Assembly (NCBI RefSeq): GCF_018977255.1
Contig: NW_024704742.1
Coordinates: 49,602,001 to 49,666,000 of the forward strand
Direction of reading: 5' to 3'
Length of the DNA stretch: 64,000 nt
From: Callorhinchus milii
Taxonomy: Eukaryota
Part shown: positions 25,723-39,650 of the stretch, one piece after another
Position numbering within the stretch: position 1 is the first letter of the stretch
How the letters are laid out: each line of letters starts with the position of its first letter
Notes under the pieces: generated by a model
Databases searched by the model: none
What the model was told of the DNA's origin: nothing
What the model saw: the letters and a program-made list of their open reading frames with translations, nothing else
Program-made: the position numbers and the translations under genes

Positions 25723-27409
25723 ACCCCCTAGTGCTACATTGGAGTGTCAGCTTAGACTATATAAATTCAAGGTTGCTCATTCCATGGTAGATATTCCCTC
25801 ATACCTAATCTTGACTCTGAATAGGCTTCCATTTATTAAGTGCACAAAAAATAATATTTTTATATGCATAAAACATGCATATAACTTATAAATTCTGAAT
25901 TTAATTTATTTTTGCATTCACTGTACTCTTGATGTTACCTGCATCACATTAGCTGTTACTTTCTGTGAAACAACAGCACATTTTGCCTACAGTTTATAAC
26001 ATTTACAGATCCAATTGATGAAGAGTCTTTCTGCACAATATGCTGCATTGACCTGTGCCCTTTTTCAAACTTGCCTGTTGCAATACCACCAGCTGAGAGC
26101 TAGCAGACTTGCCAACATGAGACTAATGTTAGGAGTAGCAATTAGGAACAAGAGCAAAATAGGTGGCAGATGGCAAACACTTTTAAACATAATAGAGTAA
26201 AATTAGCAGCATTTCATAACACATTTGATATGATAATTGTAACATCAAATGCATTCTGAAATGCAGCTAATTTACCCCATAGGAGTAATTCTCCTTGCAT
26301 GTTTCATGTACTTTGGCAAAGTGTGATGTTGATTTTCTGTTTATAAGTACACACTGCCAAGGACACTAAATCTGCTGACCTGCAGAGAATGAAGAGCTCT
26401 CACTGGCCAAGGTACAAATTACTGACTTTCAAACCCTCAGAGACTCTGTTTATTTTTAAGAATGACATACGTTAAAATAGAATGGAGTTTTAAACTGAAA
26501 CAAAGGATTGTGATTCTTGACGAGTTATACATTATAGGTAGAAGAGAATCCTCAAAGCGGGGATGGATTAACGCAAATAGGTAGTGGCCCAACCATATCT
26601 TAGATAGTTTTTATATAGTTTAATCCAATAATAAGTAAGTAATGTGCAGATTTGTTTTCTCACGCTCATCATCCACAACATTGCTTACTCCGACAAAAAT
26701 AAAAAATAATAATTGTTGCATTTGATATAGCACCTTTCATGTCAGGATGTTATCTCAGAGTACTTCATAGGATTTACTGTAAAGTAACTGTGAATTTTGT
26801 AGCAAGTATGGTGGCCAGAGTAGACACAAATTCTGTGAAGTTCCACCATGGGAGTCACCCTATAATGCAAATGTTAGGTTCAAGAGAAATCTAGATAGTT
26901 CCTTAAGGGAGAGAGGATCAACAACTACAGACAATGAGTTTCATCTGCTATGTGATATTGTTAGCAGTGTAACGGGATAAAGATAATAGTGAGCAATGCT
27001 CAGGGCTCAGACCTCTCTGGATAAACTATCTTTCAAATTCGAGAAGGGATTTTCCATTATTTTTATCATGAATTTGACATGTGCTTCTGGGTCAAGCAGC
27101 CAGAAAGTTTGCCAGACAGTTATTTCTGTTTCTTAACCTCACTAAGAGAGGACTGAATAGCCAGCACCAGAGGAGATACTTACATGGATTATGGGGGTTG
27201 GAATGAGGAGATTTAAGTGCAGACTTAAAGGTACCTTGACCCAACTCTGGAGCTCTACTTTTCTTGTTTTTTCTGGTCTGAATATCTATGTACCTAGGTT
27301 CTGCATTTATTACAGTTTAATTTTTGACAGACATGCTTATAATTATCCCTAAACAATTTGAACCATCAATGTCAGCAGTTCGGCAGAGAAGACTTATGCA
27401 ACATACTTA

Positions 27410-27616
<207 letters not shown>

Positions 27617-27849
27617 TTATAATAAGAGAGAATGGAATGTGATTTAATTCTTCCTTCTTCCTACATTCACTGTTGAGAATAAAATTCAATGCATGCATTG
27701 AGAGCTGGTGCAGACTTGATGGGCCAAATGGCCCTCTTCTGACAGGAAACGGCTGAAATTTACAGATTGTAAATTCCTATGATTCTAAAACTCATTTCAC
27801 CATCATACTCCAATACATTCTTTCCCAAGACCTCAAAACAGCAATGTTA

Positions 27850-28265
27850 ATAATTATCATTCAATTTGATATAGTGACTTTTAACGTTAAAACTTCTCCA
27901 AGCTCTTTAGAAGTAATTGCCTTCAAGTGTTTCAACTTTATTTTTCTAGACAAACACAGCAGCCAATTTATGCCGAGTAAAATCCCACAAGCAGAATGAC
28001 CAATTTATCTACAAGAGTAATGCCTGAGACAATTGGAGAAAGTCCCTTCTATTTTTGAGTAGTCTTATCAGATCCTTAACATTCACCTGAACAGGCAGGT
28101 AGGAACCAATTTTAACATCTCATCCAAATTATGGGACCTTCAACAATGCAGTGCTGCCCCAGTAATACACTGGAATATAATCCTTAATTGTGAGTTCAAA
28201 GTCCCAATGTTGAACCCACAATCTTCAGACACAGAGGCACAAGTGCTAAAAAGTGAGCCAAGCTG
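27850..28265 (-). mobile_element. old SacSINE1-like Deu-SINE
   Basis: Antisense head TGAACCCACAATCTTCAGACACAGAGGC, body and tail. Confidence 0.6.
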
Positions 28266-29489
28266 ACACTTATCTCCCACACAAGTTTTCTCTTCTTCCC
28301 CCAATCTACAGACTTTTAATACTCAAGCTTAAGATCAAGTGTAGTTTCTGTTCACATCAGTTACTACTTGAGCTAGCAATGCTGGAAAAGTTCATCTCCT
28401 GTTGAGATTCGCTTGTGTGGGTTACCATGACCGAATCTCACGATAAATGGATATGCGAAGGATTGAGATCCCGGCAATAGCTATGCTTTCAGCCCCCTGT
28501 TGGCTTGGGATCAGTATTGCAGCACTTCTGATCTGAGGAGTTTGATCTGCCCTCACAAAGAGGAAGCGGAGATACTGGATCTCAGAGCTCACTTGAGCAT
28601 TTGGTCATGAGGCTCAGGCTGGACTTGCCCAGCCAGTGAGGCCATCCAGCCACCTGATTTGCTCGGGTGTTCATGAAGACATGGTTCAGATCTGCATTGT
28701 CCTTTGACAATTTGGGGCCTAGAAATGTTTTGGGGGGATTGTGGCTTGTCTGTGGGGACAACCCTCATTCCCAAAGTGGAACGTTTCTGTCTAATTTGGT
28801 TAATGGGGGTGAGCAGGCGTAACTTTGCTTACCAGTAAAACAAATAAAAATTTAGTGTCTGGAACTATAAGCCTTGGCTCTTCACTAACTTTCTAATGAT
28901 AGGGAACAGTCATCATGTTCTGATGAACTGGACAATGTTAGTAGCAGAGCAGTTAAAAATGAAGGAGTTAAAAATGATTCCATTCCCAAGCGTCAAATAA
29001 CATTTCAGATTTGGTGAACACAAGCAGTCAATTCAGTAGAAATATCAACATATAAAAAAAAATTCAAACTAATGGCAATACTGAAAGGGCATGAAATAAT
29101 AATACTGGATGGTCTATGTTTATTATTAAAGATCAGCAACTGTTATTTTTATCAAATGTAAACCATGATGGTGCACCTCAGTTATTATTACAAATAGTCC
29201 CTGGAAAAAAACATGTTCAGGGAACAGCTTATCATTCTGCTCACATTAAAAAGTCTACATTTCTACTGTTTCCTGCAAAAACATAGGCATCAAAATTAAT
29301 TGTTTTTTTCTGGAAGGAGAGCCTTAGACACATAGTGACTTTTCCACAGCACTAACAAAATAATATTCTGATGATGTTCATAATGAACCAAATAACAGTT
29401 TAGTTTTTTAAAAATACTTAAATTGAAGGAAAGAGAATGACATGGCAAGTAAATTACTTTTTGTGACATTTTCATGCAATGACATTTTA

Positions 29490-29663
<174 letters not shown>

Positions 29664-29949
29664 TTAGGATTTCACAAGATACAGGTTGGGGTGGGGGGGA
29701 GGGGCTACAAGTTGTGAATTTTACCAACCTTGCGGAATTATTACATTTAGTACCTCCAGTCTATTTTATGGGTGTCACACTACACTTTACCGTAAAGCCC
29801 GTGAAGCATTTTGAGACATCCTCTCGGGCATGGGAGAGTCTGTAATGGAATCAATGTTCTTTAGAAGGACTTGTGTGTCGGATGGTCGTTTCTTGTGTTA
29901 TATTTGCTTATATTCCTATGCTTCTCTTTATAGGATGAACTGAGACAAA

Positions 29950-30555
29950 CTATGGCAAGTGAGTTACTTGGAGCTATCTTCCTATATCTCCTACTGTATG
30001 AATGTCTTTCTTATTCTTCCTGTATATGTTGTCCCATTCCAATCTCTGTTACTCAACAAATTGTCAAGAATATCGGAATCAAGTCGATCTCTGTGTCGAT
30101 AGTCTGGTTCCTGAATCAGGGAGCTCTACAAGAGTCCATGGCATCGTTGATGGCAGACCAGCCCCCCTGGTTTATCAACAGGATTTGTAGAGGCAGACCA
30201 GTCACTGAGAGCAGGGATTCTTCCCACTCATTTCCTGTTAATTCTGCAAATCAAAGCCCTAGCTATGGTGGTCCTAGTTGGTCAAGCATTGGGAAGCGTT
30301 GCAACATAGTGGCAAGCTACACAGTCTTAGCTGGTTAAACTGTTACAGTGCTCCAATGCACATTTGCTCTCACCAATCTTCATGTAATACTTCTCAGGAT
30401 TAGGTGAGTAGGCTGTATCTCTCTGAGGACAGAAACCATTCTTCCTTTCAGACAAATTAAAATCTCCATGCATATGTGGAACTCTTAGTTTGGTTTTGAT
30501 ACTCTTAAGCCCAATGATTGATTTCTGTGTCTCTTGGATATCTGGCTGACCAAAA
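29950..30555. repeat. unclassified dispersed repeat, opposite orientation
   Basis: Reverse complement of the 54300-54820 family (GGCAGACCAGTCAC, AAAGCCCTA, GATACTCTTAAGC). Confidence 0.7.
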
Positions 30556-32861
30556 AAAAGTTAAAAACGCAAAACATTAAACTTGTGAACATCGCAACTG
30601 CAAGAAAAAATTCTCACTTGAGCATTTTGGATGGAGATTGAGAGAGACGCTATAACATTGAGTGAAGCTGTCAATTGTGCAACCTCTTTGAATGCGCATT
30701 CTAAATCAGATTGGAGCATTCTTTGTCAGAATAAAGTATAAATGGGAAAAATATAAATGGGTAGGCAATATAAAATGACTGATTGATTGAAAGGTTTAGT
30801 GCTGAAAGGCTTGTTATTTTTTAAACAGATTTATCATAGCTTTATATGCATTACTCTGGCTATAATGGCCATGACTTTGAAACTTCAGCTGTGATAATGG
30901 AATTGCTCATGCTCTTCTCATTGCTCACTTAAATTATAATATATACGAGTATAATAAAGGTATTGGAAATAAAGATATCATCGTGATCAGACTGTGTAAA
31001 GCCTTGGCAAAGTGCTAATCCAGCCATTCAGCAGGTTCAGAGATGATACCCTTTCCTTCAGGTAAGAATAATTGTGTTATGCAAAATATGTTATTAATAT
31101 GTATACCTCACAAGTGGGCTGACCTGATAGCTTCAGAGTAATGTCATCATGAGGTAAGTTCTTATGAGCACGCTGGTGGGGTATTAATCAATGGTCTGTG
31201 GATAGCCATCGTGTGATTTACTTATATCACACATTAGATAATAATTCAGTGAAGAATTGAGAACTAGCAATGAGCTAAAGGTGAAAAAGAGATGGCGTCT
31301 TGGTGCACTCTAATCCTCTGTCATTTGGTTTGATTCAGTTGGAGATAGGGTGAGTGCTAACTTATCTGTTATTGTGGGTTCACAATGTTTTAATTTTCAA
31401 AGTTCCTTTTAGTTTCCAAGAAAAAAAAGGTGGAATAATTGATGTGATGTTCTGGCAGCTCCATGAAATGTGGAAAAGTATTTGATGTAAAAGTCGATAA
31501 TTGCAGCACAATTCAACAGCTGATTATCAATCATTAAAACTGCAGTTATTGTGGCAATCATTAACCCTTTAGTGTGGACATCATCCTGTACCAGCCTCAC
31601 TGGGAGCAACGACTCAGGATTGACCAGAGTTAGACCTAACAAGTCTTGATTTCCATGGCTCAGTAACAAACTAGGCAATGCATTTACCAATTGAGCCAAA
31701 TGTGAAGCTGTGGACACTTTTCCTTTAACAAATGAACACCCTTCAGGGTGAGATGATTCCGCCCCCCACCTCAGACCCTCTGTTATACATAAAGCCTTGT
31801 TCCGGAGCATAGCCAGAATTCTTTGCCTAGAGGAGCGAACATTTCTTTACATGGGGAATGAACAGCTGGAATGGGTTATCAGGAAGGATGGTTGAGACTT
31901 AGACATTAGACTCGTTTAAGAAAACGTTGATACTGTCACAGAAAGCTGGTGGGATAGATATTTTGTACGGTAAAGGTGACTGAACCTCTTTTGATAGTTT
32001 TATGAACTCAGCTCCCAATATTGTGTGACTGGCCCTTAATATTAACATTAAAATGTGCCTCTTGAATGCCCAAGAATCTTTTCAAAGTATGTGGTACTGT
32101 ACTGGGACGATGGTAGTGTGGAATTCTAGGCTGAGATTAATTGACTATAGAACTTTCTTCACTGAAACCTGTCTGTGATATTGTGACTATATACACAAGA
32201 GTCAGCTGAGAAGCCATGGATATCCCTGCATATATAGTACTGTACTCCATGTATCCAGTTATTTAGACTTATTTCTAAGCAGAAATTGAGATTCTCCCTG
32301 GACAGGAAGCTTCCTTATTTTCATCTTCATCAAGCAGCTGATAGGCACAGCAAAAGGTAATTGCCTGAACAGCATCTATTATGGTGCTTGGAGCTAACTG
32401 ACATAGACCAATGTCAAACAATTAGATAGAAATGCAAAATCCATACAATAAAAGCTTGCTCACAGTTACTTATGGAAAAATTCCAATCCCAAAGGGCTGC
32501 AAAAGTTATTCTATGGTCAATGTTTTGCTTTCCAACATTTTACTTGTGTTATATGGCTGAGAAAGGGCCCAAAAGCAAAAAGTCGTCTGTGGATGCCAAC
32601 TGGAAGTTGCTATAGGCAAAGTGACTTTGTTTTTGCAAATATTTCATCTTCAACCTCAATATCTGTGGCAGCATAAATTTGCCACTGTAGCATGATTGAT
32701 GTGCCTCAGCAAAGAAACAGAAATGAGAAGCTGTATTACTCCAAGAATACATTTAAGAACTTTAACCATTATAATTAACAGACAGGAATATTTTAGAATG
32801 CATCAGCAAATTAAGACAAATGATAAATGTTTAATACAGCTGGATGGGGTTATAAGATGGT

Positions 32862-33285
32862 TGTACTCTCACATCTGGGTCAGAAGATTGTGGGTTCAAA
32901 TTCCAAGTCAGAACTTAGAGTTCACATTCTAGGCTGATACTCCAATGCAGTGTTGGGAGAGTGCTGCATTGACAGAGTTTCTGTCCTCAGATGAGACCTC
33001 AATGTCTCATTAATTTCTCATCTGCCTGATCAGTTGGATATTAAAGAACCCATGACACTATTCGACAAGAGAAAGGAGTTTCTCACAGTGTTCCAGTGAG
33101 CAATCCTCCAGTTAAATTGCTCATTTACCTTTGGGCTCGTTGTGAGGCATTGCTGCATCCAAATTGGCTGCTGTATTTGCCCACAAATACTTTGGGCAAT
33201 GGCTGTGGATTTGTAGCAGAATACAGAAAACATGTGAAGCCCCTTTGAGACATTTTGACATGATAAGTTGCTATATAAAAAATAG
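32862..33285 (+). mobile_element. old SacSINE1-like Deu-SINE
   Basis: GTCAGAAGATTGTGGGTTCAAA..CTAGGCTGATACTCCA..GAGTGCTGCATTG..AAATTGGCTGCTG. Confidence 0.7.
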
Positions 33286-33576
33286 TCAAATTCCACATTA
33301 CAGTTCAGGTTCAAGTAATCCAATAGCTGAATAGCCTGTGCTTCTTTAGTAATTTGGTCTGGCTGACGTACCATTGTAAAGTGCTTCGAGATGTTATTTC
33401 ATGTGAAGGGCATGATATAAGTGCAAGTTTATCAGCTGCAAATACTTTGGTAACAATTTGGAAAATAGTGGAAAATACATTATTGGTATACAGAATAAAC
33501 TCAAAGTACTAGCACACCTCTTCCTGCTTAAGATCAGCAATCATTCATGTGGTTTGGTTACATATTCACTATGTAC

Positions 33577-33746
33577 CTTCTAGAAGTGGCGGTTCATCAT
33601 CAAAATCAGCATCGACTGGGGAAGAGGAGCCAAAGGGGATATAGGTTGCAGATGGCTGTAAGATGTTGCCTGCATAGAACTGTGAAGTGTGCATCATTTC
33701 TGAAGGTGCAAAGATTTGACGTTGTGAGTAATCGTTTTCAGAATCA
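33577..33746 (-). CDS. YIPF7: YIPF7 coding exon 2
   Basis: DSENDYSQRQIFAPSEMMHTSQFYAGNILQP...DFDDEPPLLE; AG/GT; 170 nt. Confidence 0.92.
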
Positions 33747-34043
33747 CTGTAAGATGCATAAAAAATTAGTCCTTATTTTAATAAAAGAAAACCATCTAAT
33801 AACTAATCAAACAGGCAGAAGAGGCTTCTTTACCTAAACTGCTCATTTCTGATCTTGTGACTGTACCCAAAGCTCACCAGTGAGTCCTACTTCATGGGTT
33901 CACTTGGTTAGACTTTTAGACCTGAAATGTCATCTAGTAATTTTAATTTAGAAGCCAATTCATTTTAAACACTGTAGACATTTGACTTCCAAATGAAGTT
34001 TGGAATCAAGAATTTTCATCAAGGCTCAATTATGATAATTCGC

Positions 34044-34567
34044 TCCTCATTGGCCTTCCCAACGCTTCCCTTCACAAGCTGCAGATCATCCAAAGCTACC
34101 AGGCTCCATGACCCCACTCCACTGGCTCCCCATCCCTCAGAGGATCGAGTTCAAGATCCTCGTCCTCACTTTCAAGGCCATCCATGGCCTTGTGCCCTCC
34201 TACCTCTCTGACCTGCTAACCCCTACCAACCTGCCCGTTCCCTCCGTTCAGCAGGCTCCAGCCTGCTCCATGTCTCCCGCCCGACCCGCCCTACCATCGG
34301 TGGACGGGCTTTCAGCCTCTCTGCCTCCACACTGTGGAACTCCATCCCACAGTCCCTTTACCTCACTTCCTCCCTCGCATCCTTCAAAGTCGGTCTCAAG
34401 ACCCTCCTCTTCGATCGTAGCTTTGATCGCCCTCCCACCTCTCTGCCTTCCCTCACCCCTACCCCACCTCTCCCCCATGCTCGGGTCCTGACCCATGACT
34501 GTCCAGTGCCTTGGGACGTTCTCCTGATGTGAAAGACCCTCTATAAATGTAATTTTGTTCTTGTTGT
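34044..34567 (+). mobile_element. L2 LINE 3' fragment
   Basis: LHWLPIPQRIEFKILVLTFKAIHGL; 3'UTR and tail. Confidence 0.88.
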
Positions 34568-34695
34568 TTCAACAATTCTATACTTTTTACATTCTTACAT
34601 TTTAAGGCAAAATAGTGCTTCAGGTTAAAACTAGGTGAAATTTTGAGCCCTTTTCAGTAGGTGGTTGGTAAACATCAAATAAAGAAAGCACGTAC

Positions 34696-34805
34696 CTATT
34701 TGGATCAGGATTACTATCATCTCTGTAGACATAAGTTTGATCCTGATCCTTAATATCATAGTTTGATTGGTAAAAATCTGAATCAATCCGTTCAAAAGCA
34801 GACAT
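34696..34805 (-). CDS. YIPF7: YIPF7 first coding exon
   Basis: ATG..MSAFERIDSDFYQSNYDIKDQDQTYVYRDDSNPDPN; GTACGT donor; TTTCCAG acceptor 12 nt upstream of the ATG. Confidence 0.9.
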
Positions 34806-35396
34806 TCTGATAGAATCCTGGAAAGCAATAATAAAATAAATGATTAACTTATTTTGTCATGTGCCAACAGCTCATCTTGGTGGTGTTGTGATCAGAAGTG
34901 AATTATTAAAAAAATGTTTTACTTAAGTTGGGTATGCTTAGGCTTGTCAAGCTGAACTGCAAAATTACGATCTTGATCATAAATGTTGTTTTGATTAAGT
35001 GAAGGTTGCTTATGCTTGTTAGCAGATGTCGAGATAATGTCAGTATGCTGTGTAATATATTGTGAAGCGTTAACTTGCCTAAGAAAGATAAAATGAATTT
35101 CTGATTGCAACTGTAGTTTGTGATATTGGCAATTAATTGCTGCTATACAGTTCTGTATTGTCTTGATCAGAGTCATTTAAAACAATCAAGTGGGTGAGAA
35201 AGTGCTGACCTGCAGTAATCAGCCTGAAGTAAAGAACTATGACATAAAGAAGTGTAGCTGAGCTACAATTCAGTGCTGGCTGAACAGGGTGATTCGTTCC
35301 TGGCACACACTGCCTTGTGTTTGATTTGAATATAGCTAGTGGCAGAAAGGAGTGCTTTAAAAGACTCCTGAAATATGACTCATTGAAATATGGCTT

Positions 35397-35660
35397 AGCT
35401 CAGCTGGTTTCACTCTCACCTGTGAGTCAGAAGAATGTAGGTTAAAATCCCATACTGGATCTTGAGCTCCTAGCTAGATTAACATTTCTATACGGTAAAG
35501 GGTGAGTGCTGCATTGTCGGAGGTGTTTAGTTTGAATGAGATATTGCAAAGAAGTCCTGTCTACCTGTTCAGATGTCAAAGTTCCAGTGACATTATTCAA
35601 AGAGAAGGGAGTTTCTAATAGTGACCTGGTCAACAATGCTCCAGATTAATTGGTCAACAT
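35397..35660 (+). mobile_element. old SacSINE1-like SINE
   Basis: CACTCTCACCTGTGAGTCAGAAG..GAGTGCTGCATTGTCGGAGGTG. Confidence 0.65.
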
Positions 35661-36420
35661 GCCTTGTTGAAAAGTCTGAAAGTTAAAGTGCTTTCTTTTT
35701 TTGGCCCTTAATGACTTTCAATACTGCATTTAACTCAACACGTGTAGTTTGTAAATACCACGTTTTAGACCCCATTTTCTCCTGTAAATCTCAGTGTGCC
35801 TAGAAGATCAGGTTATGACATGTGACATGAAAACATGTGATATGAGCACGTGTTTCTGCCAAGGCTGCTATGACCAAGGTCATATGCTGTCATTTACAAG
35901 GTCTACCAAATAAAGACACAGTGTAGAAAGCTTGTAGCTTCACAAGCATCAGTCTCTTACCAGAAAATCAGAATCATACTGCATCAGAAACATTTTTACA
36001 ATTGATATAGGGCCTTTCACAATGGATGTCTCAACTTAATGGATGTTGAACCTCATTGGATATTTAACTATAAAGTGTATTGATTATGTATTTTGTAGAC
36101 AAACAGCCAATTTACTAAAAGCAATGTCCCGCAAACAACCAATGCAGCACCAAAGCATCTTTTCAGACACCAAAATATTGTTTTTCCTTTGTACATGTGC
36201 GCATCGTACATCTCCTTAGGACGTCCTCCCCATATGAAAGGCTCTATACAAATATAATTTTGTACTGTATCGTCATGATTAAGAAAAATTCAAAAGTCAA
36301 CATAAGAGAATTTTATACATTTAGTACTGTTGCTCTATAGTACTTTGCATGAAAGATAAACTGCTACATGTTTGATCAACAATATAACGAACTGTATTAT
36401 GAGATTTTAATTATACGTAC

Positions 36421-36547
36421 CTCAAATAAACGAAAAGACTGAATACCAAAGAAGTGATGCCGCCTTTAGACAGTTTTAACAAAACAAAATGTCAAGCAGG
36501 GCTTAAGCACAACTTGAGGCAAGAAGGCTGCTCAACGCTATTTATAA
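36421..36547 (-). promoter_or_regulatory. candidate YIPF7 core promoter (TATA/MEF2 site 36538-36547) and non-coding exon 1 ending at 36421
   Basis: Minus strand TTATAAATAG fits both TATA and MEF2 YTA(W)4TAR; GAG|GTACGT donor ~115 nt downstream; the first coding exon has an acceptor before its ATG. Confidence 0.55.
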
Positions 36548-39165
36548 AGCTCTAAATGTGCAGTGTAGAGATAGCTCTACTAAATATAACACTGACACAG
36601 ACTGGCATGCTTTAATATTCACTGTTACATTTTTCCAACTTAGTCACTCGACTTATTTCACACTATAAACCTGAATAATGTAACAAGCACTGTTTGTATT
36701 TATCTGCCAACCAGTAGCATTATAAGGGGTGAATAGTAAGGAGTGGGATGCGATAATTATTACCACTGATGACCATCGCAATGTGGGACATTTTACTGTT
36801 GGACATGTCCCAGTGAGAACTGCTGCAGGGTAACCCCTCCTTTCATTCCAATAGTTTTGGTCAAAGGCTGGTTGCTGCTATTGCTGGATGGCAAAACATT
36901 ATTTGAAGTTCTATAAACACAGACAGAAAGCAAAGTGTTCACAACATAACACAATTAGTTTCCCTCCTTCAGGAGTTATTGCTTTAAGTTAAACAGACAG
37001 CATCCCTGAGCTGTCTGACCACATTCACCCATCTGGTTAATTCTTTCCAGGCTTCTCTTCTGACATCTCTTTTGTAACGTGACCATCTGTACCAAAAGGT
37101 TGTGCTTGAAGCTTCTGGAAGTTCTACAGAGCTAATTATTTGCGTGTAGCTGTGTTCAAATTGGCTGCTGTGTTTGCTGACAAATACACAATCACAACAC
37201 TTGACAGTACTTAACTGTAAAGCACTTTAAGCCATTTCAACAGTTTAAACACTATATCAAATGCAAAGATTATTAATTTTGAAATCAGTTAATCGCAAGT
37301 ATTTAGCTTGTTAATGTTAATTTTTTTAATACTGCAGTGATTTACTGCATCATTGTGCCGTGACTTACTTTGCTCACAATTATTCTTGTATTTTAATCTT
37401 TCACATGAAAGGACATTGCTTCCAATGTGCCTGGTTATGGTCTGGTGTCAACAACTAAGATGAAAGTGTCAGAAAGGAAACTATACTTACTAATTCTAGT
37501 ATTATGTGGTGGAAATCTGTCAAAAGTACTTACAATGGCATTAAATGTTGGTTTTGGAACAGTGAAAGATGCTAATATTTCCCACAAAATATACAGTCAA
37601 TTCATTTTATAGTATCTTCTGTGAAGTGCTTTGAGACCTCTCAAAGACATGATAAGGCACTATATCAAATGCAAGGATTATTATTATTTTATTATTGAGA
37701 TAGTTAACCTTTTAGGTAACTTGTTTATTGGACTGCTTGGTGACATGCCAAGAAGTATACTGTAGGCTAAAAAATACATAATAGAGAAATAAGATAAGTC
37801 GAAAAGTGTTTAGCAGATGTGAAGCTTATGTTTTAATAGGAAAGTAAGGCTGATGGAGGTGAGGAATCCACAGTCTTGAGTTTTCTGGGAAAGAATCTAT
37901 TTATAAAAAGAGACTGATGAGTTTTGGTTTCAATGTTGGGAGAAAGAAGAGAATGTGGAAGAAAATATTGAAGTTTGTGAAGAAAGGTTGGTGAAATAAT
38001 GACCATTGTAGTATCATTAAAATAGGCAAAAGAGGAAATAGTTGTAATAAAGAGGGAGAAAGGGTGAAACCAGAAGTGAAGGAAATCTTACCTATCAGAC
38101 AAGTCTTCTTATGCAATGTCCAGTTGTTTGTCAAGTTTGTTTATTGAAAGTCTTATAATTGTACAAACCAGAGGTCCAAAGTTCCTAATAGTGTTCGTCC
38201 TATGTCCAAGTCTATAGTCAAAAACTGCATAAAACTACATTTCATTTGGCCAGTGATTTAGCACTCTTGACACTTATTCTCTCCTTGTAGGTCCTGATTC
38301 TCAGCAGTGGTCCACACATAGCAATTGAAACGTGAGGTTTAGCAATACAAGACTCAATCCTTTCTCTGGCCTCACACACCACTATATAGTTTCCAGTGAC
38401 TTGCTGTGATTTTTCTTTTTGACTAATACATACGTACTTTTCAATTCAGATGATTAAACAAACTACATTTGGTCTAGGCAGCTGTGGTGCAAAATCATTA
38501 ATAGCAGTCATACATATTGAATATTGTATTTACTGTCGTCTGCTGTTCAAACATAATAAAGCTGTGCCTACAATTCAATGGAATATAAAAACATGCACTT
38601 ACATAGATATGTCTTTCATGGAAATTTGGATGACAATTTCAAAACACTTCACAAGGATAATGGGGAGCAGGAAGAAATGCAGTTTGGGACGAATTACAGC
38701 CCATAGAACGTGGAGTTTAGGAGAGCAGAGAGAATTGAAGAAATCTATCCTTGAGGTTACAAACGCATAGATGAGAGTTGTGGCTGCAAAGGTGGTGAGA
38801 TATATCTGTGGGTTGAACAATAGGCAGTGTAGAAAGTAGAAATTAAGGGTGTGGACCAAAGTACAGTCAGAGATGATGTTTAGAGCTTTGAAGCCATGAA
38901 AAGAAGGAGCAAGGCAAAAAGAGTTGAGGCATTGTGAGAGTTGGGCTATCATGTCTTAAGACTTAGCTACTGATGATGGGATGGAGAACCAGGAATGAGC
39001 TGTACACCATTCAGAAGAGCTGAGGGTAGATGCCATTTGGATTAAGGATTGAATTCAGCCTGAGGGATTTGTCATTGTTCATCTGGATTTGCTTTTATGC
39101 TTAAATCATGCAAATGTTTTGGCGTGTCAGCCAAGTGTATAACGCAAGCTTCATAAAATAGAAGC

Positions 39166-39650
39166 TTGCTTAAGAGTATCCAAACCAAGTTGAGAGTTCC
39201 ACATCTGTATGCCACCTACACATGAGAATTTCTCTGTATCTGGAATGGAAGGTAGACTCTCCATGGTGCGGTGCACACAATTGCATAATTTCAAGACTAT
39301 TAGGAGCTGGTTGGTCTTGGGAATCCCATGGGGTACTGCAGGAGTTTAACCAGCTTGCCATTGAGAGCAGTCTGGCAAGCTTCCCGCTGCTTGTTCAGCA
39401 AGGACCATCCTACCCGTTAAGGCTCTTGGGTTGCAGAGTTAACAGTAGCAGAGTTGAAGAATCATACCTCCAAGTCCTGCCGATGAGCCAGGCTGATGGC
39501 TGTTCTGTCATCAGCAGTGTTCTGGAGTATTGCAGATCCACCTGACACGAACTGGATACCAAAACTGATTCAGAGGATGACACGATCCTGACAATCTGTA
39601 ACTAAGCACGTCACCTTGGAGCCAGGTCAGTTCCAAGGCTTACCTCCTCC
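39166..39650. repeat. unclassified dispersed repeat
   Basis: GCTTAAGAGTATCCAAACCA ... GTCACCTTGGAGCCAG.T.AG.TCCAAGG, colinear with 54360-54820. Confidence 0.75.
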
